64,000 nucleotides of DNA, from the NCBI RefSeq assembly GCF_009914755.1, contig NC_060935.1, one strand, 5' to 3'. The DNA comes from the human T2T-CHM13v2.0 reference genome, Homo sapiens. Numbering within the stretch: position 1 is the stretch's first letter; every line of letters begins with the position of its first letter. The notes below the pieces were generated by a model. That model worked only from the letters and a program-made list of their open reading frames with translations, searched no databases and was not told where the DNA came from. A program made the position numbers and the translations under genes. This document shows positions 33,629 to 50,253 of this stretch, one piece after another.

Positions 33629-33888
33629 TTGAGTATGATTTTTGATTGGGAAGGTCAGAGTTAGGGTTTTAGTCTGAGGACTGTATGATGTGAAGGTGAA
33701 AAGCAGAGCTTGGCTGTAAGTTTGCTGGGATTCCTGTGCTGCTTCTACAGCTCTTTCGCTGTGTGACCATCACCTTTGGCAAGTTTCTTTATGTTTCTAT
33801 GTGTTGGTTTCCTCATCAATAAAACAGAAAAACTAATCATAATCATAATATCTATTGGTGCTGGGATAGCCCAGTGGTTGACACATAA

Positions 33889-34190
<302 letters not shown>

Positions 34191-34519
34191 TCATAAATAC
34201 TGTTATTAATTTTGGGGGGTAGTTACTATATTTTGTGAAAATCAGAGTTCAGTACCTTGTAACACTGGGTTGAGATCTATCCCTGAAGGAACAGGCTTCT
34301 AAAGAGGAAGGCATGGAGAGAGGGGCAAAATTTCAGTGGATGTTGTAATGACTTTAGGTATATGGACCTGGGGCTGAGTTCTAGCTGGGACCACCAGGTG
34401 GCAAGGTGGACTTTGCTAAATTCTATCACTTTCCTGGGCCTCAGGCTCACTTGTTACAAATGGGGTTAAAGCATCCCTCTTTCAGGGCTAAGATAAAGAT
34501 GATTAAGTAGAGGGAATGA

Positions 34520-34862
<343 letters not shown>

Positions 34863-34884
34863 ATTTAACTGCTATAATACTTTC

Positions 34885-35452
34885 CTGTTGGTGGTTTTAC
34901 CAGTGCAAACTGAGCAGCTTAAAACACCACCCAGTTATTATCTGTTTTCATGAGCCAAGGGTCTGGGCAGGGTTTAACTGGGTCTTCTATTCAGGGTCGC
35001 AATACGGCAACCAGAGTGTCAGTTGGAGCTGGGGTCTCATTGGATGCTCAGTGTCTTCTTCCAAGCTTATTCAGTCTGTGAACTGAATTCAATTACTTAC
35101 AATTGTTGAATGAAGGCCCTCAACTCCTAGAGCTGCCACCTCCAAACACAGCTCACAGCATGGCCATTTGTGTCTCCTTGGAGGCTAAGGGTTAAATCTC
35201 TGAAACTTCACCTTTAAAAGATTCACCTGATTAGGTCTGGCCCACCTAAGATCATCCTGCTTTGGATGAACTCAAAGTCAGCTGAGCAAATGTGCTTAAC
35301 AAAGCAAGTGTGACCATAATCACATTTGCAAAATTCCTTCCTCTTGGCCAAATCACAAGCTCTGCACACACTCAAGAAGAGGAGATGACACAGGGAGCAG
35401 ATATAAGGGAGTGGGTCTCTTGGGGGCTGTCCTAGAACTCTGCCCATTACAA
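34885..35452 (-). mobile_element. MLT1-like LTR
   Basis: gattaggtctggcccacctaagatcatc and ctcttggccaaatcacaag antisense MLT1 motifs. Confidence 0.6.
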
Positions 35453-35581
35453 CATCCTTTCTCGAGGAACAGCAGGCCTGGGGAGAGATGATCACAGATG
35501 AGGGAAGCCCACAGGTGGTGAGTACCTGGTGCTGGGGTAGGATGCAGGAGGCTGTGAAGCAAGTATGAAAAGCCTTCTCCG

Positions 35582-35742
35582 GGCTGGGTGCAGTGGCTCA
35601 CACCTGTAGTCCTAGCACTTTGGGAGGCCGAGGTGGGCGGATCACGAGGTCAAGAGATCAAGGCTATCCTGGCCAACCAACATGGTGAAACTCCGTCTCT
35701 ACTAAAAATAAAAAAATTAGCTGGGCATGGTGGTGCATGTCT
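35582..35742 (+). mobile_element. 3'-truncated Alu
   Basis: Left arm, linker and about 25 nt of the right arm; ends abruptly. Confidence 0.9.
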
Positions 35743-35872
35743 CTAACAACCCAGATCCCCAAGTGAGCAATTCATGTCCCTTTTAAGGGCTCACAAGTCT
35801 AAGGGGGTCCACATGAGAGGGTCTTGATCTATTGACCAAACAGGGAGTACGTGACTGGGGGCTGCATTCAGC
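35737..35872 (-). mobile_element. Internal fragment of an LTR2B-like (HERV-E) LTR
   Basis: Reverse complement gcagcccccagtcacgtac...cccttaaaagggacatgaattgctcacttgggg matches recalled LTR2B. Confidence 0.7.
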
Positions 35873-35900
35873 AAACCCCATCTCTACTGAAAATACCAAA

Positions 35901-36872
35901 ATTCAGCAAAGTTTCAGGATACAAAATCATTGTGCAAAAATCACAAGCATTCTTATACACCAACAACAAACAAACAGAGAGCCAAATCATGAGTGAACTC
36001 CCATTCACAATTGTTTCAAAGAGAATAAAATACCGAGGAATCTAACTTACAAGGGACATGAAGGACCTCTTCAAGGAGAACTACAAACCACTGCTCAATG
36101 AAATAAAAGAGGATATAAACAAATGGAAGAACATTCCATGCTCATGGCTAGGAGGAATCAATACCATGAAAATGGTCATACTGCCCAAGGTAATTTATAG
36201 ATTCAATGCCATCCCCATCAAGTTACAAATGACTTTCTTCACAGAATTGGAAAAAACTACTTTAAAGTTCATATGGGACCAAAAAAGAGCCCACTTTGCC
36301 AAGTCAATCCTAAGCCAAAAGAACAAAGCTAGAGGCATCACACTACCTGACTTCAAACTATACTACCAGGCTATGGTAACCAAAACAGCATGGTACTGGT
36401 ACAAAAACAGAGATACAGACTAATGAAACAGAACAGAGCCCTCAGAAATAATGCCACACATCTACAACCATCTGATCTTTGACAAACCTGACAAAAACAA
36501 GAAATGGGGAAAGGATTCCCTATTTAATAAATGGTGCTGGGAAAACTGGCTAGCCATATGGAGAAAGCTGAAACGGGATCCCTTCCTTACAGCTTATACA
36601 AAAATTAATTCAAGATGGACTAAAGACTTAAATGTTAGACCGAAAACCATAAAAACTCTAGAAGAAAACTTCAGCAATACCATTCAGGACATAGGCATGG
36701 GCAAGGACTTCATGTCTAAAACACCAAAAGCAATGGCAACAAAGCCAAAATTGACAAATGGGATCTAATTAAACTAAAGAGCTTCTGCACAGCAAAAGAA
36801 ACTACCATCAGAGTGAACAGGTAACCTACAGAATAGGAGAAAATTTTTGCAATCTACTCATCTGACAAAGGG
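35901..36872 (+). mobile_element. L1PA ORF2 internal fragment without 3'UTR or poly-A
   Basis: FSKVSGYKI...WCWENWLAI...YSSDKG; both ends abrupt. Confidence 0.93.
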
Positions 36873-36875
36873 ACC

Positions 36876-37320
36876 TATGGCTTTCTTATAACATAGAGAA
36901 TATGGCAGAGGTGATGGGATGTAGTGATTATGTTAGATAGGACGTTAAGTTGTCTCGCTAGGAGGCTGTCTGTCTTGCTGGCTTTGAAGATGTGAGCTGC
37001 CATGTCATAAGCAGCCAGATGGAAAGACCCATGTGGCAAGAAGCTGAGGGCAGCAAGAACCTGGGGCCCTGAGTCCAGCAGCCTGCAAGGAACTGAATGC
37101 TGCCAACAACCAGATGAGCCTGGAAGCAGATCAATCACCAGTCAAGCCTCCAGATGAGAACTGAGCCCTGGCTGACACTATGGCTGCAGCCTTGCACTGA
37201 ACCCAGCTGAGTCACGCCTGGATTCCTGACCCACAGAAACCATGCAGTGATAACTGTCTGCTGTCTCAAGCCACAAAGTTTGCAGTAATATTGTTGCACA
37301 GCAATAGATAACTAATATAA
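36876..37320 (+). mobile_element. MLT1E/F-like LTR (5'-truncated)
   Basis: gcctccagatgagaactgagccc...cagcaatagataactaatata. Confidence 0.7.
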
Positions 37321-37576
37321 AAACTGTCCTACATCATGTACATTACTGAGCGAAATGTAGAACCTGGATTTGAGCTCTGATTTCAGAGTTGTGGTCTCAG
37401 TCTCCCCAGGGAAACCTGTCCTGGGAGACAGTTATGCCAGGCTGTGATGCTGTAATGATTGTTCTCTTCCTACCCAGAAGCTTTCAATAGGCATGTCAAG
37501 CATGTGACCCCAGCTACATATACCAAATGTATTTCTGACAAATGCCAGGACATGGTGAGCTTTCTTATTTTACTGA

Positions 37577-37959
<383 letters not shown>

Positions 37960-38187
37960 TGAAAGGAAAGAGCAAACAAAGGGGAAACATAGGGGTGTTC
38001 AGAAATAGTTCCCAGGTCACTGCCTGTTTCAATATGTACAGTCCTCGGCCCCACCCACAAGATTCTGACTTGGCAGGTGAGAGTTGGAGATGGGGGAGCT
38101 ACCTGGTTATGAGGGATCCCAGTTCATTTTGAGGCAGCTGGTTGTTAGACTGCATTGTACAAATTATCCCCCAAAGATGTGAAGGGA

Positions 38188-38322
38188 TAATTTATGTATT
38201 TTTAATAGAGATAGGGTTTCACCATGTTGGCCAGGCAGGTCTCCAACTCCCAGCCTCAGGTGACCCGCCCGCCTTGGCCTCCGAAAGTGCTGGGATTACA
38301 GGCATGAGCCTTTGCTCCTAGC
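38188..38322 (-). mobile_element. Partial Alu (left arm)
   Basis: Antisense left monomer only. Confidence 0.82.
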
Positions 38323-38325
38323 AGC

Positions 38326-38760
38326 ATTTTTTTAATGAGGCCAAATTCACATAACACACAACTCCCTGTATGAAACCATACACTTCAGTATCATTAAATT
38401 CATTCACAATGTTAAGCAATCATCCATCCTCTGTGTCTAGTTCCAAAACATTTTCATTAACACCCCCCACCCCCCCAAAAAATAACCCTGTATCCATCAA
38501 GCACTCTCCATCCCCTCCCCTTTCCCCCAGTTCCTGGCAACCAACTACCTGCTTTCTGCCTCTACAGATTTGCCTATTCTAGACCTTTCACATAAATGGA
38601 ATCATGTAATATATATAATGACCAAAAGCTAGCAACAACCAAGATGGCCATTTGGTTGATGAATGAATAAACAAAATGTGCTGTATCCATACAGTGGAAG
38701 TGTTGGTGCCTACTACATGTGGATGGAACTTGGAAACATCACGCTAAGTGAGAGAGAGCC
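38326..38760 (-). mobile_element. L1MB-like 3' end with inverted upstream segment
   Basis: Antisense 3'UTR 38326-38615, then the sense upstream segment 38616-38760. Confidence 0.7.
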
Positions 38761-39017
38761 TTGGTATTGTCTCATCTCCCCAGGAGATTCCAAGGTGCAG
38801 CCAAGGTTGAGACCCACTGACAAGCAATGGATATGGTTGGGTGCAGATGAAATAAGGCAGCCAGGGGCAGGAGGGATGTCTCATTGAAGACGACTATTTG
38901 TGGATGCCAAGCAGGGGTGGGGATGAGGTATGATAACAGCAACCCCAATCCCAACACTGCGTGACCGATGTTATCTTCAGCCAGCTGATACGCCTCATGG
39001 GATTTGGACACAGGAAA

Positions 39018-39256
<239 letters not shown>

Positions 39257-39353
39257 TGACTTCCCACCTCCAGAAAATCCAAACCTTTGCCCTAGTCACA
39301 GTGGGACACCCCGGAGTTAATTTGAGAGAAATGTGCTTTTAAAAACAACTCCA

Positions 39354-39671
<318 letters not shown>

Positions 39672-40713
39672 CTAGAATCACTGCATTGACTTCCCTCCAC
39701 CAATCAGGGAGAGTGATGGTGATGGTGCCTGAGTGTCTATTTGCATTGAGTCTTAATGGAAAATAAGGTTGTGTCAAGCAAAGGAAAAACAAATCACAGC
39801 CCAGACTGGAGCTGTGGATGAATAACATGGCTGAGTGTTGGTACAGGCTTTCCACAGCAATATTAAAGCTGAAAAAATCAGCAATGAAGCTCCCAGCCAC
39901 ATTTCTGCCCAATGATTTGGGGGAAAACAACAGAGGCACTCCTCAACTTTTCCTTCGCTGCACAAAGTGGGTTTGGCTAGAAATGCCAAATGTGCTTGTT
40001 GCTGGGGTCTTTCAAATGAAGCAAGCTGGAAGTCAACCTCCTGCAGCTGCAGGCCAGAAATGGGTTTAGACCAAACTATTATAGTAACACTGGCGCACAT
40101 CTAAACAGATTTAACTCCCTCCCAGCAATCCAGATTAATTTAATATGCTTTCTTAATGGCATTCCGCATTTCTCATTAAAGCAAATGAACGTCCATCCCT
40201 CTGTGATAAATTAGGTCAAAAAACATTCATATATTTAGGGCACAGGGAAGGAGGAGTTGTTGGATGTTAAAAAAAAAAAAAAAAAGTCCTGCAAATGGCC
40301 TTTCAAAGTCTAGACATCTTCATCATCAACACAAACATTCCTCTTCACAAAGGGACCTCAAGTAACCTTAGGCTGGAGGGCCCACCTGCGTATTTCTTCT
40401 CATTCTTTCTTACCTTCCCTCCAGCCCACACAACTCACATTCAGTGACCAAGTCACGTGGGTTTTACCTCCTAAATCTTTCTCATATCCTTCACTGCTCA
40501 GCCACTCTCCTGACACCACCATAAACCAAGCCACCATCACCTCCAGCTGTTTGACTGCAAATGCCTCCAGACTGGCCTCTGCTTTTCCCTGGCCCTGTGA
40601 CAATCTGCACTCCTCACAGAGACCAAAGCAATCACTTCAGAAGGTGCATCCAAACAGATCACTCAGCTTTCAATGGCTCCCTCTGCTGTGTGGGTTAACA
40701 ATGATAAAAGCTC

Positions 40714-41045
<332 letters not shown>

Positions 41046-41273
41046 CTATCTCAGTCCATCCCTACATCAGCCCTTGATTTCACCAGTGGGGAAGCTGGGA
41101 CACAGAGTAGTTACGTGGGATGCCCAAGGTGGGACCACTCGTGTGAAGTTTCCACACCCTAATGTGAGACCCTCCATGACCTAGCCCCTCTCTTTCTCCA
41201 GCCTCATTTCCTGATTCTCTCGCTTGCCCTGCAGGCTTCAGCCACAGAAACTTCTTGAAAGTCCCTTAAATCT

Positions 41274-41563
41274 GGCTGAGCGCAGTGGCTCACGCCTGAA
41301 ATCCCAGCACTTTGGGAAGCTGAGGCGGGTGGATCACCTGAGATCAGGAGTTCGAGACCAGCCTGGTCAACATGGTGGAACCCCATCTCTACTAAATATC
41401 CCAAAATTAGCCAGGTGTGGCGGATGGCACCTGTAATCCTAGCTACTCGGGAGACTGAGGCAGGAAAATCGCTTGAACTCGGGAGGCAGAGGTTGCAGTG
41501 AGCCAGGATCGCGCCACTCCACGCAAGCCTGGGCGTCAAGAGTGAAAGTCCGTCTCAAAAACA
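41274..41563 (+). mobile_element. AluS
   Basis: Perfect 16-bp TSD aaagtcccttaaatct. Confidence 0.96.
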
Positions 41564-41714
41564 AAAGTCCCTTAAATCTGCTCTATGCCTGTCAACCTCA
41601 GGGACTTCACTGTGCTGTTCCTCACCCTGAAATGCTGTTCCTCATTTCTCCACATAGTGAACTCATCCCACCCCCTAGGCCTCTCCTTAAGTGTCATCTC
41701 TTCAAGGAAGATTT

Positions 41715-42480
<766 letters not shown>

Positions 42481-42614
42481 AGAAAGCCTTTCCTCACTCC
42501 CTCTCTCCATTTATACGTTCTCTTTATGCCCTTTGCTTCTCTTTCAGAGCAATTCACGTTGACCTGGGTCACCCTCAACTTAAGGCTCATGACTCCCCTA
42601 GATCCTCAGGGTCC

Positions 42615-42860
42615 ACACTAAATGTGATGAAATATGATGCAAGCCACATATTTACTTTTGCATTTTGTAGTAACCACATTTTAAAAAGTAAAACAAAAGA
42701 AGTGAAGGTAATTGGAATAATATCACGGATTTAAACAAATCTATCCGAAATACCAGGTCTACATGTATAAAATATTTTAACATTAACAAAATACTTTGCT
42801 TTCTTTTTACATTAAGTCTTCACAATCTAATGTGTATTTGACACTTCTCGCCCATCTCAG
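42615..42860. mobile_element. MER33-like hAT element, truncated
   Basis: gcaagccacatat...gtaaccacattttaaaaagtaaaa...tgtgtatttgacacttctcgcccatctca. Confidence 0.6.
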
Positions 42861-42861
42861 A

Positions 42862-43656
<795 letters not shown>

Positions 43657-44419
43657 GGAAACGAGATGTGGGGCTGCCACACGCAATATCGTGCATTAAA
43701 AGGATCTTCTACTCTGGATGAAAATATCTTTGCTGATGCCAGACCAACCTAACACAAAGACCTTTTGGTTTTTTAATGTGACTGTGTTTTATTTTACAAT
43801 GTGTAATTCACTTTAGAAGGGCAAAGTACCTGTCTGGGGAAGACTATTTAATTTCCTGCATTTATTTAGAATATTGGCTAATGTTATTCTGAAGGGAAAT
43901 ATCTCTAACAAGTGAGTGCCCCCCACATAGACACAGCTCATGAGCTCACGGGGCAAAGGAATTGAACAGCAGCCTCCTAATAGCTAGCCTTCTTTGTGGA
44001 ATGGAAATAATTATCAGCATGTAAAAGACTATATATATATTCAACAATTCTGACCCCCCACAAAATTCAAATCTACAATTGATTTGCTTCCTGGGCTCCT
44101 GAAAACAACTTTGTCAAAATTGTTCAGAAATAAAATCAGCCAATCGTTGCCCCTTGGGGACGCAAGACAAAGCAAATCAGCCATGACCAATGTGCAATGT
44201 GGAGTCGGCCGTACACAATTACATGCAGACCTGCAGGACATCGAGTCCCTGCTATGGTCCCTCCCCAGTCAGGCCCCCATTGCCTGGGCTGCAGCCAGAA
44301 GCATTCAGGCACAAGTGCATTCAACAAATACTTATTTAATTGTATTGGTGGTTAGAAGGTTGTTGTTGATTAAGGTACATTAATGGATCCAAGTCCTCCC
44401 TGTATCCAAGACTCTGCCA

Positions 44420-44790
44420 TTTGTCTCTGCAGTTCCTCCCACTGAAGAATCGGAGTATATTTCTCCAGCCCCTAATGTTGGGTTTAGTCATGTGTCTAGC
44501 TTTGGCCACTGGAATATTAATCTGCATGACCAAAAACTTGGAAAGTATGCATTCATTTGTGCTCACTCACTCCTGCTATCACCATGAGAACAAGCCCAGG
44601 CCAGCCTGCTGCTTCCAGCAGAAGATAAGAGACACCAACAGCAAAGTAGAGCTTCCCAGACATGCTTATGCTAGATTAACCAATCCTCAGCTGACCCATA
44701 GATCCATGAAAATAAATGACTGTTGTATTAAGCCACTGAGATTTGGAGTGACTTGTTATGCAGCATTTTGTGACAATAACTAACTGATAC
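44420..44790 (+). mobile_element. MLT1G/H-like LTR
   Basis: aagccactgagatttggagtgacttgttatgcagc...taactgataca terminus. Confidence 0.65.
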
Positions 44791-44967
44791 AAGGGTCACC
44801 ATCCTTTATCTCTGTAGATTTTAACCAATTTTTAATAGCTAGATGGAGATCTTCTAGTTGCCTTTATTTATAATGAATAAGACTGTAGAGCTAGTTTGGC
44901 CTGACACTACCAGTTACCTACCCAGAAATTCAGAAATACTTTCTTTTCCAACCCACCCCAACCAACC

Positions 44968-45266
44968 ATTTTTTTTTTTTTTTTGAAACGGAGTCTTACT
45001 CTTTGCCTAGGCTAGAGTACAAGTGGCACAGTCAGAGCTCACTGTAATCTCAAAATCCTGGGCTCCCCTGATCTTCCCCTTCAACCTCCTATGTAGCTAA
45101 GACTACAGACATGTGCCACCATGCCTGGCTAATTTTTTTATTCTTTGCAGAGACAGGATCTCACTATATTGCCCAAGTTGGTTTCAAACTCCTGGCCTCA
45201 AGCAGTCCTCCTTCCTCACCCTCCCAAAGTGCTAGGATTATAGGCATGAGCCACCACACCCAGCCT
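44968..45266 (-). mobile_element. AluJ
   Basis: Diverged antisense Alu. Confidence 0.88.
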
Positions 45267-45391
45267 CTTCTTCTTTTTTAAATAGAAACCCTATTTTATT
45301 CTGACAGCGGGTTGCTTTCTTCTTTTTTTTTTTTTTTTTTTTTTAGAAAAAATTGGCCCAGCCCCAGGGAATAAATTGTGACTGGTCTAAA

Positions 45392-45612
45392 CAGGGTTGG
45401 CAAACTATAGACCAAGGGCCAAATCTGGCCCTCTGACTGTTTGTATAAATTAAGTTTTACTGGAATAAAACCAGGTCCATTCATTTATGCATTGTCTACA
45501 TATGCTTTTAGGCTATGATGGCACCACTGCGTCACTGCAACAGAGGTTATCTAGACCAAAAGCCTAAGATATTACCGTTTGCTTCTTTATGGAAAAAGTT
45601 AGCCATTCCCCA
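45392..45612. mobile_element. MER58-like hAT element
   Basis: cagggttggcaaactat...gaaaaagttagccattcccc. Confidence 0.75.
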
Positions 45613-46241
45613 GTCTAAGGTTTAGATTCTGAGCTTAACATTTTAGCCTACCCCCACTTACCAGTGACTGGCTCAAAACAAGTCTGTGATTCCATTCTGA
45701 CTATTCTACTGAGGGAAATCCCCCTTCTTCTCATGCAGAGCTGATGAGGGTAAGTTGTATTAATAGGACATATGCTCAGGTTTTCTGAAAAATACTTTTA
45801 TCTAGAAATGCATAGGAATATGCTGGTGCCTGAATGTACCATCTGGGGGCCTGGAGATTGACTCACACTGCCTCCAGAGCTAGTGCTCACACTTACTACT
45901 GAGAGGCCTGAAGAAACACCTGCCGAACCCACCACCAGAACCTGCACACGTCACCTGGAGAACTAGAGATGAGCCTGCCACACACACCACCCAGGAGCCC
46001 AGTGGCGCTCCTGCCCACCTGGCCCAGTGCTGCCACTGCCAGCAACCAAAGAAGCCACCTGGAGGCCCAGGGATTGGCCCATGCAGACAGGCTATCATCA
46101 GTGCCCACATACACTGCCCATGGTCCCTAGTATTGACACACCTGGTCTACCACCACTACCACTGATGCTGAAGGACAAGACTTCCAGGCATCCCCATCCT
46201 CAGCAAAGCCTCACCACAGCCTCCAATAACAACTGCAGTCT

Positions 46242-46546
46242 GGCTGGGCGCGGTGGCTCACACCTGTAATCCCAGCACTTTGAGAGGCTGAGGCAGGTAG
46301 ATCACGAGGTCAGGAGTTCGAGACCAGCCTGGCCAACGTGGTGAAACCCCGTCTCTACTAAAAATACAAAAATTAGCTGGGCGTGGTGGCACGTGCCTGT
46401 AGTCCCAGCTACTCAGGAGGCTGAGACAGGAGAATCGCTTGAACCTGGGAGGCAGAGGTTGCAGTGAGCTTAGATTGTGTCACTGCACTCCAGCCTGGTG
46501 ACAGAGCTAGACTCCATCTCAATCACAAACACACAAACAAAAAAAA
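46242..46546 (+). mobile_element. AluS
   Basis: TSD aactgcagtct. Confidence 0.95.
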
Positions 46547-47587
46547 CTGCAGTCTAAGCCACTGAATAACTCACAGACACCACTCATGCCAATTACAACT
46601 GAAGAAATCATATGCAGATTATACCACTGTACCCACCCAGAATCAAAGCCAAAGTGTGATATCCAATGAACACTGTAGATACAGCTATAAGAAAAGGTCT
46701 TTCCCATATAAAAGCCAACCCAGAAAATTGGAAGAAGTGACTGCTATGTCAGAGGCACAGATAGTCACATAAGGACGCAAGAAATATGAAAAAGGAAACA
46801 TAACATCTCCAAAGAAGCACAATAATTCTCCAGCAACAGATTCCAATGAAAAGAAAATCTATGAAATGCCTGAAAAAAATTCAGAATAATGATATTAAAG
46901 AAACTCAGGGAGATATAAGAGAGCACAGATAATGAATACAAAAAAATCAGGAAAACAATTCATGATCTGAATGAGAAATTCAACAGGGATAGACAGCATA
47001 ACAAAGAACAAAACACAAATCCTGGAAGAGATGAAATCATTGAAAGAAATACAAAAGACAACTGACAGTTTTAACAATAGACTAGATCAAGCAAAACAAA
47101 GAATTTCTGAACCTGAAGACTAGTCTTTTAAAATAATCCAATCAGACAAAAAGAAAGAAAAAAGAATGAAGCAAGGCTACATGACATATGGGACACATAT
47201 GTGACCAAAAACTGAAATTCTGGGAGTTCTGGATGGAGATGAGATGGGTAAAGGCATAGAAAACCTATTTAATAAAATAATAACTGAAAACTTCCTGAAA
47301 GCTTCCAAATACAGGAAGCTCAAAGATTACCAAATTAATACAACTCAAAAAGGTCTTCTCCAAGGACACTATGGTAAAATTGTCAAAAGACAAAGAGAAA
47401 ATGCTAAAAACAGCAAGAGAAAAGCATCAAGTCACTTATAAGAGAATCTCCACCAGGCTAACAAGGGATTTCTCAGCAGAAACCTTACAGGCTAGGAGAA
47501 AAGGGGATGTATACTACAAGTTAAAAAAAAAAAAAAAGTAAGGCAAAAATGCTATACCCAGCAAAGCTATCCTTCACAAATGATGAA

Positions 47588-47750
47588 GATTGGCACAGTG
47601 GCTCACATCTGCAATTCCAGAGACTCAGAAGGCTGAGGCAGGAGGATCATTTGAGCCCAGGAGTTCAAGGCTGCAGTGAGCTATGATCATGCCACTGTAC
47701 TCCAGCCTGGGTGACAGAGTGAGACTCCATTCCTTAAAAAAGAGAAAAAA
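47588..47750 (+). mobile_element. FRAM/AluJ monomer
   Basis: Single right-arm-like monomer with A tail. Confidence 0.8.
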
Positions 47751-47989
47751 TATTTCCCAGATAAGCAAAAGACTGTTTGTTTGTGTCTTGTTTGTTGTGG
47801 TCCTACAAAAAATGCTTAAGGGAGTCCTACACTGGGAAGCAAAAGAACAGTATCTACCATCATGAAAATACATGAAAGTATAAAACTCATGGTAGTGCAG
47901 ACACACAAAGGAGAAAGGATGCAAACGTCACCACTAAAGAAAACCACCAAATTGCAGCAATAAATAATGAGAGAAAAAAGGAACAAAGG

Positions 47990-50253
47990 TGTATTAGTCT
48001 GTTTTCACACTGCTGATAAAGACATACCTGACTGAGACTGGGCAATTTACAAAAGAAAGAGGTTTAATGGAGTTACATTTCCACGTAGCTGAGGAAGCCT
48101 CACAATCATGTTGGAAGGCAAGAAAAAGCAAGTCATGTCTCACCTGGATGGAAGCAGGCAAAGAGAGAGCTTCTGCAGGGAAACTACCCTTTTTAAAACC
48201 ATCAGAACTTGTGAGACGTATTCACTGTCATGAGAACAGCATGGGAAAGACCTACCCCCATGACTCAATTACTTCCCACCGGGTCCCTCCTACAACATGT
48301 GGGAATTCAAGATGAGATTTGGGTGGGCACACAACCAAAGCATATCATTCTGCCCCTGGCCCTTGCCAAATCTCATTTCAAAACAAATTATGCCTTCCCA
48401 ACACTCCCCCAAAGTCTTAACTAAGTTCAGCATTAACTCAAAAGTCCACAGTCCAAAGTCTCATGTGAGACAAGGCAAATCCCTTCCGCCTATGAGCATG
48501 TAAAATCAAAAACAAGTCAGTTACTTCCTAGATACAATGGGGGTATAGGCATTGGGTAAACACAGTCATTCCAAATGAGACAAAATTGCCAAAACAAAGG
48601 GGCTACAGGCCCCATGCAAGCCCAAAATCCAGTGGGGCAGTCAAATCTCAAAGCTCCAAAATGATCTCCTTTGACTCCATGTCTCACATGCAGGTCATGC
48701 TGATGTAAGAGGTGGGCTCCCACGGCTTTGGGAGAAAAAAGGCCACAGCTCCACTCTTGTGGCTTTGTGGGTATAAACCCCCTCCTGGCTCCTTTCACGG
48801 GTTGGCATTGAGTGTCTGCAGCTTTTCCAGGCACACAGTGCAAGCTGTCAGTGAATCCACCATTCTGGGGTCTGGAGGATGGTGGTCATCTTCTCACAGC
48901 TCCACTAGGTGGTGCTGCAGTAGGAACTCTATGTGGGGGCTCCGACCCCACATTTCCCTTCTGCACTGCCCTAGTAGAGGTTCTCCATGAGTGCCCTGCC
49001 CCTGCAGCAAACTCCTGCCTGGACAACTAGGCATTTCCATTCACCTTCTGAAGTCTAGGCAGCAGTTCCCAAACCTCGATTTTTGACTTCTGTGCACCCA
49101 TAGGCTCAACACTATGTGGAAGCTGCTAAGGTTTGGGGCTTGCACCCTCTCAAGCCACAGCCCACATTGTACCTTGGCTCCTTTTAGCTGCAGCTGGAGT
49201 GGCTAAGACTCAGGCACCCGAGGCTGCTCACAGCAGGGGGGCCCTGGGTCCAGTCCACAAAACTATCTTTTCTTCCTAGGCCTCTGGGCCTTTGATGGGA
49301 GGGGCTGCCATGAAGCTCTGTGACATGCCCTGGAGACATTTTCCCCATTGTCTTGGAGATTCACATTTGACTCCTCGTTACTTAAACAAACTTCTGCAGC
49401 CAGATTGAATTTTTCTTGAGAAAATGGGATTTTCTTTTCTATTGCATTGTCAGACTGCTAATCTTCCAAACTTTCATGCTCTGCTTCCCTTATAAAACTG
49501 AGGGCCTTTAACAGCACCCAAGTCATCTCTTGAATGCCTTGCTGCTTAGAAATTTCTTCTACCAGATACCCTAAATCCTCTCTCTCAAGTTCAAAATTCC
49601 ACAAATCTCTAAAGCAGGGGCAAAATGCCACCAGTCTCTTTGCTAAAACATAACAGGAATCACTTTTGTGCCAGTTCCCAGCAAGTTCCTCATTTCCATC
49701 TGAGACCACCTCAGCCTAGACTTTATTGTCCATATAACCATCAGCATTTTGGGCAAGTCTCTAGGAAATCTCTTCCAAAATTTCCCACATTTTCCTGTCT
49801 CCTTCTGACCCCTCCAACCTCTGCCTGTTTCCCAGTTCCAAAGTCACTTCCACATATTCAGGTATCTTTTAGGAACACCCCACTTCTGGTACCAATTTAC
49901 TGTATTAGTTCATTCTCACACAGCTGATAAAGACACATACAAGACTGGGAAATTTACAAAAGAAAGAGGTTTAATGGACTTACAGTTCTATGTTGCTGGG
50001 GAGGCTTCAAAATCATTGCGGAAGTCAAGGAGAGACAAGTCACATCTTACAGGGATGGCAGCAGGTAAAGAGAGAGCTTGAGCAGGGAAACTCCTCCTTT
50101 AAAACCATCAGATCTCATGAGACTTACTCACTATCAAAAGAATAGCATGGAAAATACCTGCCCCCATGATTCAACTACTTCCCACTGGGTCCCTCCCACA
50201 ACACATGGGAATTCAAGATGAGATCTGAGTGGGGACACAGCCAAACCAAATCA
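47990..50253 (-). mobile_element. Complete THE1B MaLR element (LTRs 47990-48347 and 49901-50253 plus internal region)
   Basis: Two THE1B LTRs flanking THE1-int; perfect 5-bp TSD aaagg. Confidence 0.94.
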
